In this document: positions 38,271-51,384 of the stretch, piece after piece
Position numbering within the stretch: the stretch's first letter is position 1
Layout: the number at the start of each line of letters is the position of its first letter
Assembly (NCBI GenBank): GCA_013265495.1
Contig: MU058824.1
Span: 992,001 to 1,056,000, forward strand
DNA: 64,000 bases
Source of the DNA: Vicugna vicugna
Lineage: Eukaryota
Direction: 5' to 3'
Position numbers and translations under genes: made by a program
The notes under the pieces: model-generated
What the model was told of the DNA's origin: nothing
Databases searched by the model: none
What the model saw: the letters and a program-made list of their open reading frames with translations, nothing else

Positions 38271-38679
38271 GCCTCCACAGACAGCCGTCCTTGCCCAAGC
38301 CAGGCTGTGTCTTGCCTAAATTGCTGAAGAAGTACATCCCAGATACTGCAGGACAAAACCAGATGTCTTGGAGAGGGGTGTACCATCCCTGGGTATGGAA
38401 ATGACTGTCCATCAAAGCCCAGTTCAAATTTAACCCCCTTCCTCACATGACCCTCCCCCTCATCCATCCAAGTGGAGCCCATCCCCTGTACCAGGAAAGG
38501 GCTCTTGCCAGCAGGATACTGAAATATCATTGCTGAGATCATTAAGTCCAGGGATTGCAAGTAGGAGGCACATATTAGTTACACTCTTCCCCCTCATGCC
38601 AATGCAGACATAACTAGTCAGTCACCACCTAGGCATTGTCTACTACTCTGAGCCCATCTCTACCTCTCCTGATATACTG

Positions 38680-39020
38680 GCCTTATCTCTGTTCCTTGGA
38701 CATGCTAACTTCCAACCAAGCTTGCATTCTGCACATTTGCTGCAACCAGACCTCATGACTAGACCTATTTTGTCATTCAGGCCTCAGCTCAAATATCACC
38801 TCCTCACAGAGATTTTGGCTGACCCCCCAATCTAAAGTAACATCACCTTCTCTGGTTTCCTCGTCTGAAATAGCATCATTTTTTAGATGTAATGTATTTA
38901 GTTGTCTGCTTGTATTGTTGTTGTTGTGATTCCCTGAGTACAGAAGCCTCTTCTGATGTGTTCACCAATCCCCAGCTCCTAGAAGAGTCCTTGGTACTTA
39001 GTAGTTGCTCAATTAGTAGT
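38680..39020 (+). mobile_element. L2 LINE 3' fragment
   Basis: TCATTCAGGCCTCAGCTCAAATATCACCTCCTCA...CCCAGCTCCTAGAAG..TAGTTGCTCAAT. Confidence 0.75.
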
Positions 39021-39759
39021 ATCTGAGTCATTTAATCAAGATGCATTTTTCTGCTGAGTCCAAATATGGTATTAAAATCCTTCCCATCACAGCATTAGGG
39101 CCATTTGCTACTAGCAATCAGAATTGAGACAAGAGATAAAAACTTTTTTATATTCCTAACTTCTTTGATTCCCCCACTTTACAGAAAGGGATACTGAGGC
39201 CCAAAATAAGAGACATGCCTTCTCCAAAGCGAGCGAATGAGTGAGGGGCAGAGCTGGGACTGGTGCCACCTCCTTCCACCCTTTTGTCTTACACACCTTT
39301 CCCTACCACATAGCCATGCTGGAAAGAGATTTTGTAAACAGTCAACCACAAAACAGAAGAATAGGCCCCATTTGCTGCAGGAACTTGCCTATGAATTACA
39401 CACCTAATTACCAGCTGCCTTTTTTCCCATTCTGTGGGTAGAAGTCTGATCACATGTAAGATTCTCCCTGTGTTTCCGTGGATACAAAGCGATCCTAATT
39501 TCAAACTCCCTTGTAAATGGCAAATGAGTGAACTTAATTTTAATAAAAACAAGGAAAATCATACGTGTGAACTTAATAAAATCTAATTTGGGCAATTTGG
39601 AGTTCATAAAATAATACCTTTATGTAAAAACTAGCAATTAGCTTTATGAAACAATACAGTGAATCTTTGGCATTGGGGAGGGTTGGGAGCCAGAAGACTC
39701 CAGGGATAAGAAATGTGACAATAATGTAGGAAAGCTAACAAAGCAGGGGTGCATGGTTC

Positions 39760-39950
39760 TCAGTGTTAGATGATTCAAGTTCAAGACCCCAAACTATCAC
39801 TTTGCTCTATGACCTTGAGCAAGTCACTTTCCCTCTCTAGACCCTGGTGTCCTTGTTTTTAAAATGAGGTTAGTAAAACCTACTTTGTCTAGGAGGATGG
39901 TTGTACAGACAGATAAGAAAATGAATGGGCAAGAGATTTGTGAAAGTGTC
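39760..39950 (+). mobile_element. MIR SINE
   Basis: TGACCTTGAGCAAGTCACTT...AAAATGAGG. Confidence 0.65.
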
Positions 39951-41214
39951 CAACGGTTGTTATTTCATCATCTCCCCCATCTACATTCTTCCCAGCAAGG
40001 AGGGGAAAGAAGGTTCATGGACAGTTTAACCTGGGTCAGGAGATAAGGGGTGAAGTGGGCTGGAGAGCAGGTGTATAACCCTCCACATTCACCATGCGTT
40101 AAGGCCTTAGGGACCTAGGACAGGCTGAGAGGGGTGACTCATAGAGATAGTTTACAGGAACCAGAAGCAAATCCACAAGTCAGACTGAGCCTGGAGGATG
40201 TCCCAGTCTCCTGCCAAGCAGTCACTCAGGCCCCGCACATCAGTGCCTCTGACAGATTCCCTTCACATACAAGTCTTTTCAGGCAAGATGTATCATTCCC
40301 ATTTTACAGATGAGAAAAATGAACCTCTGGGAGGTGCTGTGGATAAACTCAGGCCCCACAACCAGGTGACCCAGTCCAGACTCAAGCCAGATTTTCTGAC
40401 TTCGCTTTTCAGGCTATTCACATCACCTCCAGGGGTACAAAAGCACTTGACTGTGAGACTGAGCACCTGTTCTCTGTTGTGTCCTTTCTTCGCCAAGGAC
40501 ACCAGCAGCTTCTATTAGAACTGCCAGAGCCACATCCTACCCCACCGCCCGCCCCAAAGTGTGTGGTCTTCATCACAGAGGCTCCAGCAAGCAGTGGCTT
40601 TTCCCGGTCCCTCTCCTGAGCAACCACCACTCCAGGCAGAAAGCAATTTTTCCTAGTGCCTTCCCAGAAGCAAAGTAGGTAATTAATTGCACTGAATAAC
40701 ACATTAAATGTACTAATAATTGGGTAGTCACAGCAAAATGATTACTTTGAAGAAATATTACCGATTCCCTGTTGTACTTAACATTTCTCCTTATTTATCA
40801 TTACCATTTTAATCAATAATATTCACAATACTAATAAATCCATCTTAATTTTAATTGTGTTCAATTGGATGTACCAGTACTTGAGTATTCTGAGCATACT
40901 TCATTATTTATATTAATTTAAGATCACTTAAAGGCAAATTATGGAGTTTGTACTTTCAAGTGGGTCTGTAATTACAACAAAGTTTCCCCAGATTCAGCAT
41001 TTTCAAGCACTGAGGACGGTGAGGTGTCAGGCATCTGCCCTTTTCTGTTAGCACAGGGGTCAGAGATGCAGAAAATGAAGGAAGACTCTCAAAGCCACCC
41101 ACTTGAATTAGCATATCCTGGCCTTTTGAAAAATGTTGGGGTCTCTGAAAGTATGATTAATAATAGCTCAGTGACTTTCCCTATGCTTATGCCACCTTGT
41201 CATGAATGCGGCAT

Positions 41215-41800
41215 TCATCCATTCATCCATCAGCACCAGGGCCAACCCCACACTAGGCACCAGAAGACATGGGGGATCAGAGAAAGACGAGGTAGATAGT
41301 GTCCAGAGGTCCTGAAAGAAGTTCAGCTGAAGGGTGGCAGCAGTCAACAGACAGAAGAGGTCAATAACAGGCAACTGAAGGGCTGAGAGAAGACCTCTAG
41401 AGCAGAAGCATTTTTCTGGGTCTTGAAATGGCTGGGAGTAGGGCAGCTGACTCCAGCCTTGGCAGAGAGCCAGCTGTAAGATTCCCAGCAGAATGAGGGT
41501 TTCTAGATGTGGCACAGAGGTGGCAGTAGAGAAGGACCAGAAGAAGAACGGCAAGGACAAAATTACCCCTCGGACATGGCTTTGATTGGATGGTTGGGGG
41601 TTAGCGATGCCAGAGTGAAGGAGGAAAGCCAGGAGGAAGAAGCCAGGTGTAGGAGGTAAGAAGATGAGTTTTCTTAGGCACAACTGAGCCTGAGGGGCCA
41701 GGGAGCAGCCAGGTGGAGACACCTAGCAGATGAAGCAGAGAAGCTAGCTAAAGCCCAGAGGAATGGTCAGCACTGGGGAGAGAGGTCTGGAAATCCTCAG
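41215..41800 (-). mobile_element. L2 LINE fragment
   Basis: (CATT/CATC)n start, then a purine-rich L2-like body. Confidence 0.5.
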
Positions 41801-44089
41801 GAAGGGAGTCCAATGGGAGAGAAAGGTGACAATTAGAGCCCTGGCATCTGTAGGCCTCACCTCACAGGTACGTACATGCTAATGTTCACAGCACTGCAGT
41901 CCCTGAGCCCCCTCGGAGCTCCCAGCCTAGGAAACTCCTCCCCTTCTCTGCCCAGGGTCTAGCATACAGGGCATATCTTTTGAGTCAGGTTGTACTGAAT
42001 TGAAACTACACAACAGCTGTATTGTCACTGGCCCCATTTTGTGTGGACGTGCTGGTGCCTGAGGAGGTGGGTACAGGTGCTACCTGCCCGGAGCCGTGGT
42101 TCTGGGAGCTGTAGGTCTGTGTGGGCTGTGTCTCCATGGCCACTCCACAGAGCTGAGACAGTGAAGTCCTGGCACCTGCAGCAATTTGCTAGGGTAGTTG
42201 CAACCAATGCTAATGATTTATAGAAACCTAGAACTTGTAGAAGGAGAGGAAATCATTGGGAAAGAGGCTCCACCTCCTGGTAATATTCAAAACCGACATT
42301 TCTTCAGCACTTTAAAGCTTATAAGCTTCTGTCAGCTTTTTAAATCTCATACAGCTCCAAACTTTGATCTGAGTGGTAGTTACCTGAGTATATGCATATG
42401 TAAAAAAATTATCAAGTTTACAGTTAAGATGCAGGGCACATTATTCTATGTTAGTTTTATGGCAATTAAAAAACAATAAAAATATATAAGTGGATAAATA
42501 ACATCTCATTTCATCCTTGTAATCATCCTGTGCACTCAGCATCTTTGTTATCCGCAAGTGAAAGAACCTGAGGGTGTGCGACTTGCCCTAGATCCAGGGC
42601 TAGTTTACGGAATGACAGGGAACCTAGAATTAACTGGCATGAATCCCTCACATTTGATTTGGATGCCGGGGAAGATGCTGACATGAACAGGGCTTAGAAG
42701 GACTGAGGAGGGAGCAATCTTGGTGCCAGAAGGCCCTGTGGAGGTCTTTGAGGCTGAGATCTACTGTCTCCACCAAGCCCTTTTTCCCCTAGGACCCGGG
42801 TTTGGCCTGGGAAGATATTTTTCCTGGGTACACATTCTGCTTGGATAGAAACTCGGGATGGGCAAAATTCTCAGCATCTCAGGAGTCCTCCAGGTTGCTC
42901 CCCACTGGTCTCTCAACGCTCCTTTGGGAGTTTGTACAAAATGAATACTGCAAAAGAAAATCAACCTGAGGTTGCCAGCAGGTTAGATGTCACACCTTAT
43001 TGTTCATTCAAAAGGGAGCAGCAACCAAGCACCAGAATCTCCCAGGTCCTTGGACCTCTGTAAGGGAATAGGGCTGGCTACTTCCTTCTCTGCCTAGTGC
43101 GGGAAACAGACCCTTAAAGCAAACAAAGGCAATAGAATGTGAGAAGTAGAAGAATATACAAAGTGCTATGGGAATCTTGAGCAGAAAGTAACCAGTTCTG
43201 CCAGGGAGAGTGCAAGGGTTGTGACTTGAGCTGGGCTTCTAAGTATAAATACAAGTTTAGTGGGCAGGAAGGAAGGATGTGCACTCCAGGCAGAGCATAA
43301 GCAAATACCCAGAGGTCGAAGAGTATCCAATGAGGTTGAGGAGCAGAGCGGGGGACGGCTGGAAAGGAAAGGAGGGGGTCAATCACAAAGGGCCCAGGAG
43401 TCTGGTTCCTCTGCCTCTACCTGCAAGGACCCACTTGGGGTGCCTGTGGTCTCGGTGGACCCCTAAAAATGTATGCAATCCAGATGTGGCAGGCTTGTCT
43501 GTTCTTGTCCTTGTGCCAAGAGCCCCGCCGTGACTTGCCTCACCCCAGCGTGGAGCTGTCAAGTAGTGCTGATTATGCAGTTTATGGTGGTGCCTTTGAT
43601 AACTTGGGAACTTTTCCCTCTGGGGTCTGAGAAAATTAGTCCACTTCATTTCTCTCCAAGTTTCTAGCCTCAAGGTGGGATTGAATCTCTGTCGGATATC
43701 AGCTTTCAATATGACGAATGGGCTCTTCGTTTCTGTCTTCATGTCTGGAAAGTCCAGATTTCCAGCTGGGGTGACTGATCTACCTCAGGAGCATGGCATT
43801 TGACAGACACGAGGGACAGAGACTGACCCACAGCTCCCCGGGGATTGGGTTGCAGACAGGACTCTGGCAACAAGAAAAAAAATAGCATCTTTTTGCTAAA
43901 GCTAGGTACTCTTGAAACAGGATTCTACAAACTAGGAATTTATTAAGATATTAACAACTGACTCTGAAATAAATCACACTCATGGCTTTATGTTCTTTCT
44001 CACTCACCCTCCTCCATCCCCATTCACCCAGCCAACCTCTTCCCACTTAACCTGATGCATTCCAGGTAGGGCAGACAAAGGTCCAGACC

Positions 44090-44680
44090 TGTGGTCTGAA
44101 GATCAGAATTCAAGTCTCCTCTCTACCAAGTTTACTATGAGGTCTTAGGCAAGACTCCCTGAGAGCCTGTTTTCCTACCTGCAAAATGGATGTAAAAGCA
44201 GCTCCCCCCAGAGTTGATTGATTTATTCATGTGTTATTCACTGTACCCTTCTGTGCTAGACCTTGTTTTAGAGGCTGGGAACACAGGGGTGACTATAACC
44301 TGCCCATATGCTCTGGAGATCCAAGGAGAGAATAAATGTCCTATTGTTCTGCAAATTACACCATGGTGCATCTTAGGTACCAATATTAGTCCAGAGGTCT
44401 GACACTCAAAATACTTGTGAGAGAAAACCACAATCATGTTTAGGAGTAAAGGCTTTGGAGTTGGACCTGGGCCACTTACTGTCTGACCAGCATGATATCT
44501 GTAAACTTTCTAGCCTTGGTTTTTTTCATCTGTTAAAAAAAGGTTTTTAAAAAAATGGGATCAATAACAGTTATTTTGGCTAAAGATTCTTTGAAGGAGG
44601 AGATGGAATAATGCACCTAAAGGAGTTTACATAACTGGCTGGTACCTAGTAAGAGGTCAACAAATGTTAAGATGTGGATG
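44090..44680. mobile_element. MIR / L2 / MIR cluster
   Basis: CTGTTTTCCTACCTGCAAAATGG (+); TTCATGTGTTATTCACTG..TGTGCTAG (-); TTTTCATCTGT..GGTACCTAGTAAGAGGTCAACAAATGTTA (+). Confidence 0.65.
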
Positions 44681-44712
44681 ATGATGAGGATGATGAGGAT
44701 GATGATGATGAT
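44677..44712. repeat. (GAT)n microsatellite
   Basis: Directly visible, with GAG interruptions. Confidence 0.85.
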
Positions 44713-46169
44713 TTTAAAAGCATAATATCTAGCACAGCTGCCCAAAACCACTCGCCATGCCTGGAAGAAGATGAGAGTCCATGAGCTGGGCATTGAGCAG
44801 TGTGCCTTGGGCGCCACGTGGTGACATGGGTTTCTCTGTTTATACCTCGAGGCTTCCTTTCGGCGCCTTCTTCCCAGCAGCTGCTCTGTCAACAGTCCAT
44901 ATGCCGCCTCAGCTACAGAGCAGCTTTCAAGATAGGGCTGCCAGCTCCGTAGGAGAACTTTGACGAGAAGTTCAGGGGCACGCATACAGTCACCAATCAC
45001 TCCACCCCTGCTCCTCCAACCTCCGGAACCCTTCCTGGAAGCGGAAGTGGGCAGGGGAGCAGCAAGCAGCTGGGCCTGGTTCCTGGCAGGGTGTGCACGT
45101 GGCAGAGAGGCCAGCTGGAGGAACAGGAGGGGACAGATGCCATGGGGGCCCAGATTTGTTCCTACAGGAAGAATGCAAGGAGCTAATTGTCTCATTACCC
45201 AGGAGCGGTCTCTCCACAGCCCTGCCATGCCTTGTGGAAAGAATTTACCGATTTATGCATGTCAGAGTTGGTGGGAGGCTCCAGGAAGGAAGTGGGAGGC
45301 TGTCCTGGGTCTAGATTTCTTCTAAGCGTGTGCAGCAGAGCAAGTTCTAGCTCTGGGCCTCCAGGCCTTGAAAATACTGCTTCAAAAAATTGAACCAAGG
45401 CTCCACATCCCTTCAACTTACTTGATTGCTAGAGAGAACTCTACCTTGTGCCTCTCTCTCCCTCCCCATCACCCTTGACATGAACGCAGGCACACACACA
45501 CCCTTTATGCCCTGTCCCTGGTCATTTACCTTGAGTGGTGTTCTGGTTTCCAGTCCATTATTTAACATATGGAAGTACTTGGGTCCTGGCCTGCCTCTTT
45601 TCTACACTGATTCTCAGTCTTTGCTCTTCTGGTCCCCTAGCTCTGCACCGTCTAATGTACTCAGCCTTCTGTATCTATCCATCACCGCCAGCACCATCCC
45701 TCAGGGCCCAGTTCAAACTCTGCCTCTTCCTTAGGCTTTCATTATATGTGTTTCCTGCCTTGCTACCTCTTATTTCAGACTGCTTGGTATTAAAAGAAAG
45801 TTAATTGACCTTCATTCACCTCCTTAGTTTTTACAGATTCCACCCACATGCTCCCATCTCTTCCTCATCCGTGACAGCCCTGTGAAGTAGGCACAAGGGT
45901 ACAGTTCCCTCCACCTCACAATACAATCAGATGGTAGATGCGAAGAATATTTACAACCCACTCCAACATTCTGTCTGCTTTAGGGGAGCCCTTGAAACAT
46001 ATGAGACTAGACCTTACTTATATACCGGCCCTTGCAGACATAATTCTGAAGTCTCGGCCTGTGACTAGTGCTGGGATCACCCTTTCCAGGCTCCTACTAC
46101 CCATTAAGAGAATTCTGGCCTCATAATCTCACATCCAAGATACAGGACTGCATGTAAGAGAGATACAGC

Positions 46170-46500
46170 TATTGTGTGTTTAGCCAAAGAGAAAGGGTTA
46201 GTTTTTTCTCACTTAACAAATCTGTATGGTCACCTTAGAGCTGCAAAGTGGCTGCTCACATTCACATTCTAGGAGAAAACTGGGGAATAAAGGAAGTAAC
46301 ACAGTGGAAGGGGCAGCACCCACATCAGGAAAGCAAAAATTTCCTGCAATACCCAACAGACTTTCACTTACACTTCAGTGGCCAGAACGTGTCACACAAG
46401 TACCCTCAGTTGCAAAGGAGGCTAGGAAATGTCATTGATTAGTTGGGCATATTGGCACCCCAAACGGTTTTGGGATTCTGTCAATATGGAGGAAAAGGGA
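46170..46500 (-). mobile_element. Old MaLR LTR (MLT1J/L-like)
   Basis: GACTTTCACTTACACTTCAGTGGCCAGAACGTGTCACA...GCAAAGGAGGCTAGGAAATGT; resembles 29370-29740. Confidence 0.6.
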
Positions 46501-46524
46501 ATGACATGAATGTGTGATTGTGAC

Positions 46525-46670
46525 TTAATGTGTCTTCCTCACTTAGAGACTAGGCTCCATGAGATCAGAGAGCATGTGTGTTTAGACCCACAATTGTGTT
46601 GCCAGAATCAAGTGTGGTGCCTGGCACACAATGAGTGCTCCATAAATATGTGCTAATTGGTGGAATGATT
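46525..46670 (+). mobile_element. L2 3' end
   Basis: GGCTCCATGAGATCAG...GTGCCTGGCACACAATGAGTGCTCCATAAATATG. Confidence 0.75.
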
Positions 46671-49600
46671 AAAAGAAATGACTGCTAAAATCATCATTCT
46701 CAAAGCCTTTTAGAATGTAGATGGGCTCAAATGCCAGCCCCCTAGAACTTCTGTCAACTCTTCCATATATGCCATATTTGCCAGATCAAAGGCCTCTTCC
46801 CCTCCAGTTCTGACAGTGTCCCCTTGTGTTCTCTGCATGTCACATGGGTAACCTCTAATGCCCATTCTCAGATCACAGTAAATCAAATTGCAGCAGTTCA
46901 CTTTGGGTTACCTGGAATATAGGCTCCATATTTGAGTTCATAAATTAATAGCTGATTATGAAACACAAGATAAAGAATATCCAGCATTGGTACATATCAT
47001 CTGTTATTTCAAAGATGGAATCGGGTGTGTCTGTGCATAATGACTGACTGGAATTCAAGTTTGTAATGCAAGTGTTTATTGCTAGATACATATCATTTTG
47101 AGGAAAAGGTGGTTTATTTTTACCTCTTGATAGAAAGATAACCTGCGTAGATAAAGAAATACCATCTTCATAAAATGCTGCAAATTTGATAAATGAATAG
47201 AAGCATAAAATTTAGCCCAAAGTGCTCTAGGATGAACAAGTTTTAAAACAGTTAAACATTTTTAATGACAATAAGGCATCAAATCAGATATAGAAATGTT
47301 TTTAAAAGGATTGAGTTTTAGATGAACTGTTTTTAGGGGAAAAAAATAGAACTGGCTTTAGTTTAATTAAGCAGACCCTCCAGGAACTGGTCGTGTGAGC
47401 TCTGGAAGGCTGGTACAGCCCAGCCCAGAAGAGGTGAGGGTTGTGATGGCCTCTGGGTTCTGCAATGTCTCCAGAAACAGGGTCGGAGCCGGGGATTCTG
47501 TGTATTCTTCATGACATCTGGCAATGTTGTTAACCTGACCCATTAACAGCACTTGGTTACAGTCTGTTCAGGACTTCATTGATTCCTCAGACTCTTGCTC
47601 CTTTGAGATAACAGAAATGCAGCCTTATTAGCCTTAACTTAAGAACCCTGGTTTCTTATCAACACAATAAGAGTAAAAGCAACTGTTCTAGAAGTCTGCC
47701 TTTTCAGTGTGGCTGTAAGGGTCATATAAGAGGAAGAACGTGAAAACATGATATAAACGGTAACATCTTAAATCTGGGAGAGGGATTTTTAGGGTCAATA
47801 ATGACTTTCATGGAGAACATCTCAACGGGATTGTTTGGTTTGGGGATTACATTCTCAGCACTGAGCACAGGACGTCCAGCAGATATCCACGATGTGCAGG
47901 TTTATACTCATTTAGACTCAAATAAGAAAGGACTGTTGACATACTAACAGGCTATGTGACACCCAGGAGTCTGGAAATCTGAGCTCTCATTCTGCATCTG
48001 ACACTTTCTTGCTCTGTGACTTTCAACTAGTTGCTTCCATCCTGTAAACCTAAATCTTCTCATCTGAAAAATGGATCTAACTGTTCTCTGGGGACTCTTC
48101 CAGCTATAACTTGGTAATTCTGATGCTGCAGAACCCAGAATCCCAGCATGGGGTAGGATTGGGAATGGTTGAGTTGTATATCCACCCCAAGACCCTCTGC
48201 GGCCCTTTTTAGCTGCCCCTGACCTGCCTGTGTCAGTGTTTCTCCAGTGATTTTCTGTAGCCCTTCGGTGCTACTTCTCCGACTCAGAACCTTCCAGAGC
48301 CCCTGAGCCAAGGCTGAAATGCCACCTCTGTCTCAGGCTGTGTGGGAAGGTTGCTGCCCACCAACAGTATGACTGAGAGGGGTCAAGGCAACATTCAGGA
48401 CTTCATCAAAGCAGCTCTAAGAGTGCGCAAACAGGTGCTGGCTTGTTAAGAGAAGTAATTTCTGTGTCTCCCCACTTCGACCACATTAGTCATTCAAGTG
48501 CTGAAGAACAGTGTAAATTCCTGTCATCCTGTGACCACTAAGATTTATTCTAAGCGACAGGTCATTAAGGTTTCTTCTCTTTATTTTTTTTTCTTGGATT
48601 CACTGAGAACTCATATTTCTGCTTCATGTTATGGACTGCTAACAGCTCTGTTTTTGGTCAGGGAGTCAGCAATAAATCTGAATTTAATAAACTGACAAAA
48701 GAGCGCTATCTCAGAGACAGTCTGAGCCTCTATTCTTCATCTCCATTTATAAAACACTTTTGTATTGAGACATCTTCCACATAAAAACCACATTTGCCAT
48801 CTAAATATTCACTTCCCCCGATAGATGTTTTGCTGTCCCAAGGCTGACCACATAATTACAGAGTATTAAGAGTCAGAGGCCTAATGACAATCGCAGTGGG
48901 TAGGGAAAGGTCTGAACTCCAGGGTCTGCCAGTCCCTAACTGTGTGACCCTGGCATGTCAGCAAATCTGAGCCTCAGGCTCCTCATCTAGAGAATAGAAA
49001 TCATAGTCTTCATCCTGTCTGCTTTTTTGGGTACCAGAAAGATTAGATTCAAACGAGGGCAGGATGGGAATCACACAGCTCTGTGCAGCTGGGGAGGATT
49101 ATGATTGCTTTGTTAGTTTTAAATTTTCAGCTTGTTAGTGCTGGGAGCGTCTTAGAGCCTTCACTTTTCAGTAAAAAAATTGAGGTAGCAGCAAACAGAC
49201 TTCCACCCCCAGGGAGCCAACTCCCCTTTCTGGTGTTCTTTCAGCTACACCACACTGTGCCCCCCAAGTCCCACCCACTTGCTCTAGGCACAGAGCTTAG
49301 CGGTAGCGGTCTCTGGAGTTTTCTGGGAAGCCTCAACCTGCTGCAGACTACCTGGCCACGGAAAGGCTCTAAGAACTTTCCGGCTGAGACTACAGTCAGC
49401 ACCACCCTGTCTTTGTCCACCTCCTATCCAGTTGTGAGTGCTCTGAAGGGCAGTTCTTCCACAGAGTAGGCATTTAAGAATGACTATTTGAGTGGATTTC
49501 TAATTATTTCATAGGGGTAGATGTCCTGGCTAAACTCCAGAGAGCATTCTGGTTGGCTGGGAGGCATCCGTCCTAAAATCTTAGCATCTCTTCCAGAAGT

Positions 49601-50099
49601 GGCAACGCTATCCTAGGAGATGAAAGTCCAGCCCCTTTCTTACTGGGACTTTCAAATGTACCCTCAGAACTTGGACAACTCCACTTCCCCAAACTGTAAA
49701 ACTTTTAGAAGGTTAGCATGCAAATAAATACTCCAGCTCTCTATAAACTTCTGTCTTCAAATTCTCTAAAAATTGCTGCCTTCAAGCCCTCTATAAACTC
49801 CTATCTGAATTTGTAAATAACAACAGTATAAGGATTCTCCAGTAAACAGTGAAGGCAGAAATGTGTAGATATTTCCAAGAGCCTATTCCTACCTAGTTGA
49901 GCAAAGCTTATAAAAGTTATACTGTGTGCTCTGTCACCCTTTTTACTGTTTTGTAACCTCAGCCATAAACCCAGAATAGTCCTTATTTACTAGTTCTTTC
50001 CCTGCATCTTTCTGCAGTCTCTAACCAAAATTTGATGCAAATGGTGGAAAAATTAACTCTATTGAAAAAAATTAGGAAGCTCTAAAAATAGAGCTGTTT

Positions 50100-50265
50100 T
50101 TGAAAAATAGAATGGGCTTCCTGAGCAATAGTGAGTCTCCCAGCACTGGAGGTATGCCAGCAGAGACTAAAAGAGTACCTGCTGAATGGTCTGAAAAGGA
50201 ATTCTTGAAATCAGGTGGCAAATTGGGTTATACAACCTCTAAGTCCCTACGAATCAGAAATTCTG
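50100..50265 (+). mobile_element. L3/CR1-type 3' fragment
   Basis: AATGGGCTTCCT..AGTGAGTCTCCCAGCACTGGAGG...ACCTCTAAGTCCCT. Confidence 0.5.
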
Positions 50266-50584
50266 GGAATCAAAAAGATGTCTGTTCACTCAAAGCTCTT
50301 CTGAAGGCCTGGTCTGAGCCAGACTGTGTGCTGGGAGAGATGAAGTAAACAGCCCTTGGGAACCCTCAGTGAGATCCCAGCTTTGTGAGAAGACAGACAA
50401 GCCAGCAATTAACTCAAGTGCAAGGCAAAATGATGCAAGTGTTAGAGAGAGGTAACCAACAGCAGGCTGTAAGTGTGCAGAAGTGGCTGAGATGAAGAAC
50501 CACCTAGGATTGGAGAGGGTTCCCCATAGCCTGCTTCCTTGGGCTGGAGGGCTCTACCTATGGGGAAACTATCCACATGTAATA

Positions 50585-50800
50585 GTATGTTTTATTGAGC
50601 ACTTATTTGGAATGGCACCTAACAAGCTGTCAGTTAATCTGTATAATAGTCCAGTGAAGTAGACACTATTCCCCCATTTTATGTATGAGGATATCGAGGA
50701 TAGAGAGGTTAAATGACGTGCCCAAGGTCACACACCCTAGGAAGAGGTCAGCCCAGCACGAAGCCAGGTGGTCTGCTTTCAGCCATTGCTCTTAATGCTG
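50585..50800 (-). mobile_element. MIR SINE
   Basis: TTTATTGAGCACTTA...CCCCATTTTATGTATGAGG...GTGCCCAAGGTCACAC. Confidence 0.85.
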
Positions 50801-51384
50801 TTCTGTTTCCTGGGCTAGCTACTGTCACTCTTCAGGACTCAGAGTCCCTACAAAAACAATGAAGGGTTTGGATCAGGCCCTGTGTAATGCCCAGTATCCT
50901 GGAAACCCCAGGAATGGCCTATATTCCCCGTCCAGGATGGGGCTGGAAGGGATAGAGGGCTTTCTTGGCCAGGTCAATGCTGCATTCCACCCCTTGGGTG
51001 AGGGCTCCTGGGCCTTGAGCTCCATGGTACCTCAGAGAGGCTCCTCACACATGACTTCAGCCTCCTAAAGCCGCCCATGAATCAAGAACAGAGAAGGGAA
51101 GCCTCACTCTGGGGCTCTGCCTCGCCTTGAGGTCCAGATACCACCAGGAATCATCCATAAATTCCTCTGGTTACAGATGGAATCAGGTCTGGTTTCCCAG
51201 AGCCAAGTCATGACAGGAGAGAGAGCTTCACAAGCCTTGGGAGGGAGGGCCAAGCTAGGAATGCCTGGTGCAGGGAAGAGGCTCCCATTAATGCAGGCAG
51301 GCATAGGGCCAGGTGAAGAGAGAGCTGCAGGTGAGCTATGAGGACACCAGGCAGCCCATGGTCCTGGGTCAGCCTCAAAGGGAG

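Noticed and set aside
41168..41722. 184-aa ORF
   Set aside because: Non-ATG start, overlaps L2-derived sequence, no protein similarity recognised.
44805..44826. CTCF-like motif (minus strand TCACCACGTGGCGC)
   Set aside because: Mismatches at key core positions; better explained as an E-box.
44617..45228. Longest ORF (203 aa, minus strand)
   Set aside because: No recognisable domain; the C-terminus is a translated (GAT)n repeat and MIR.
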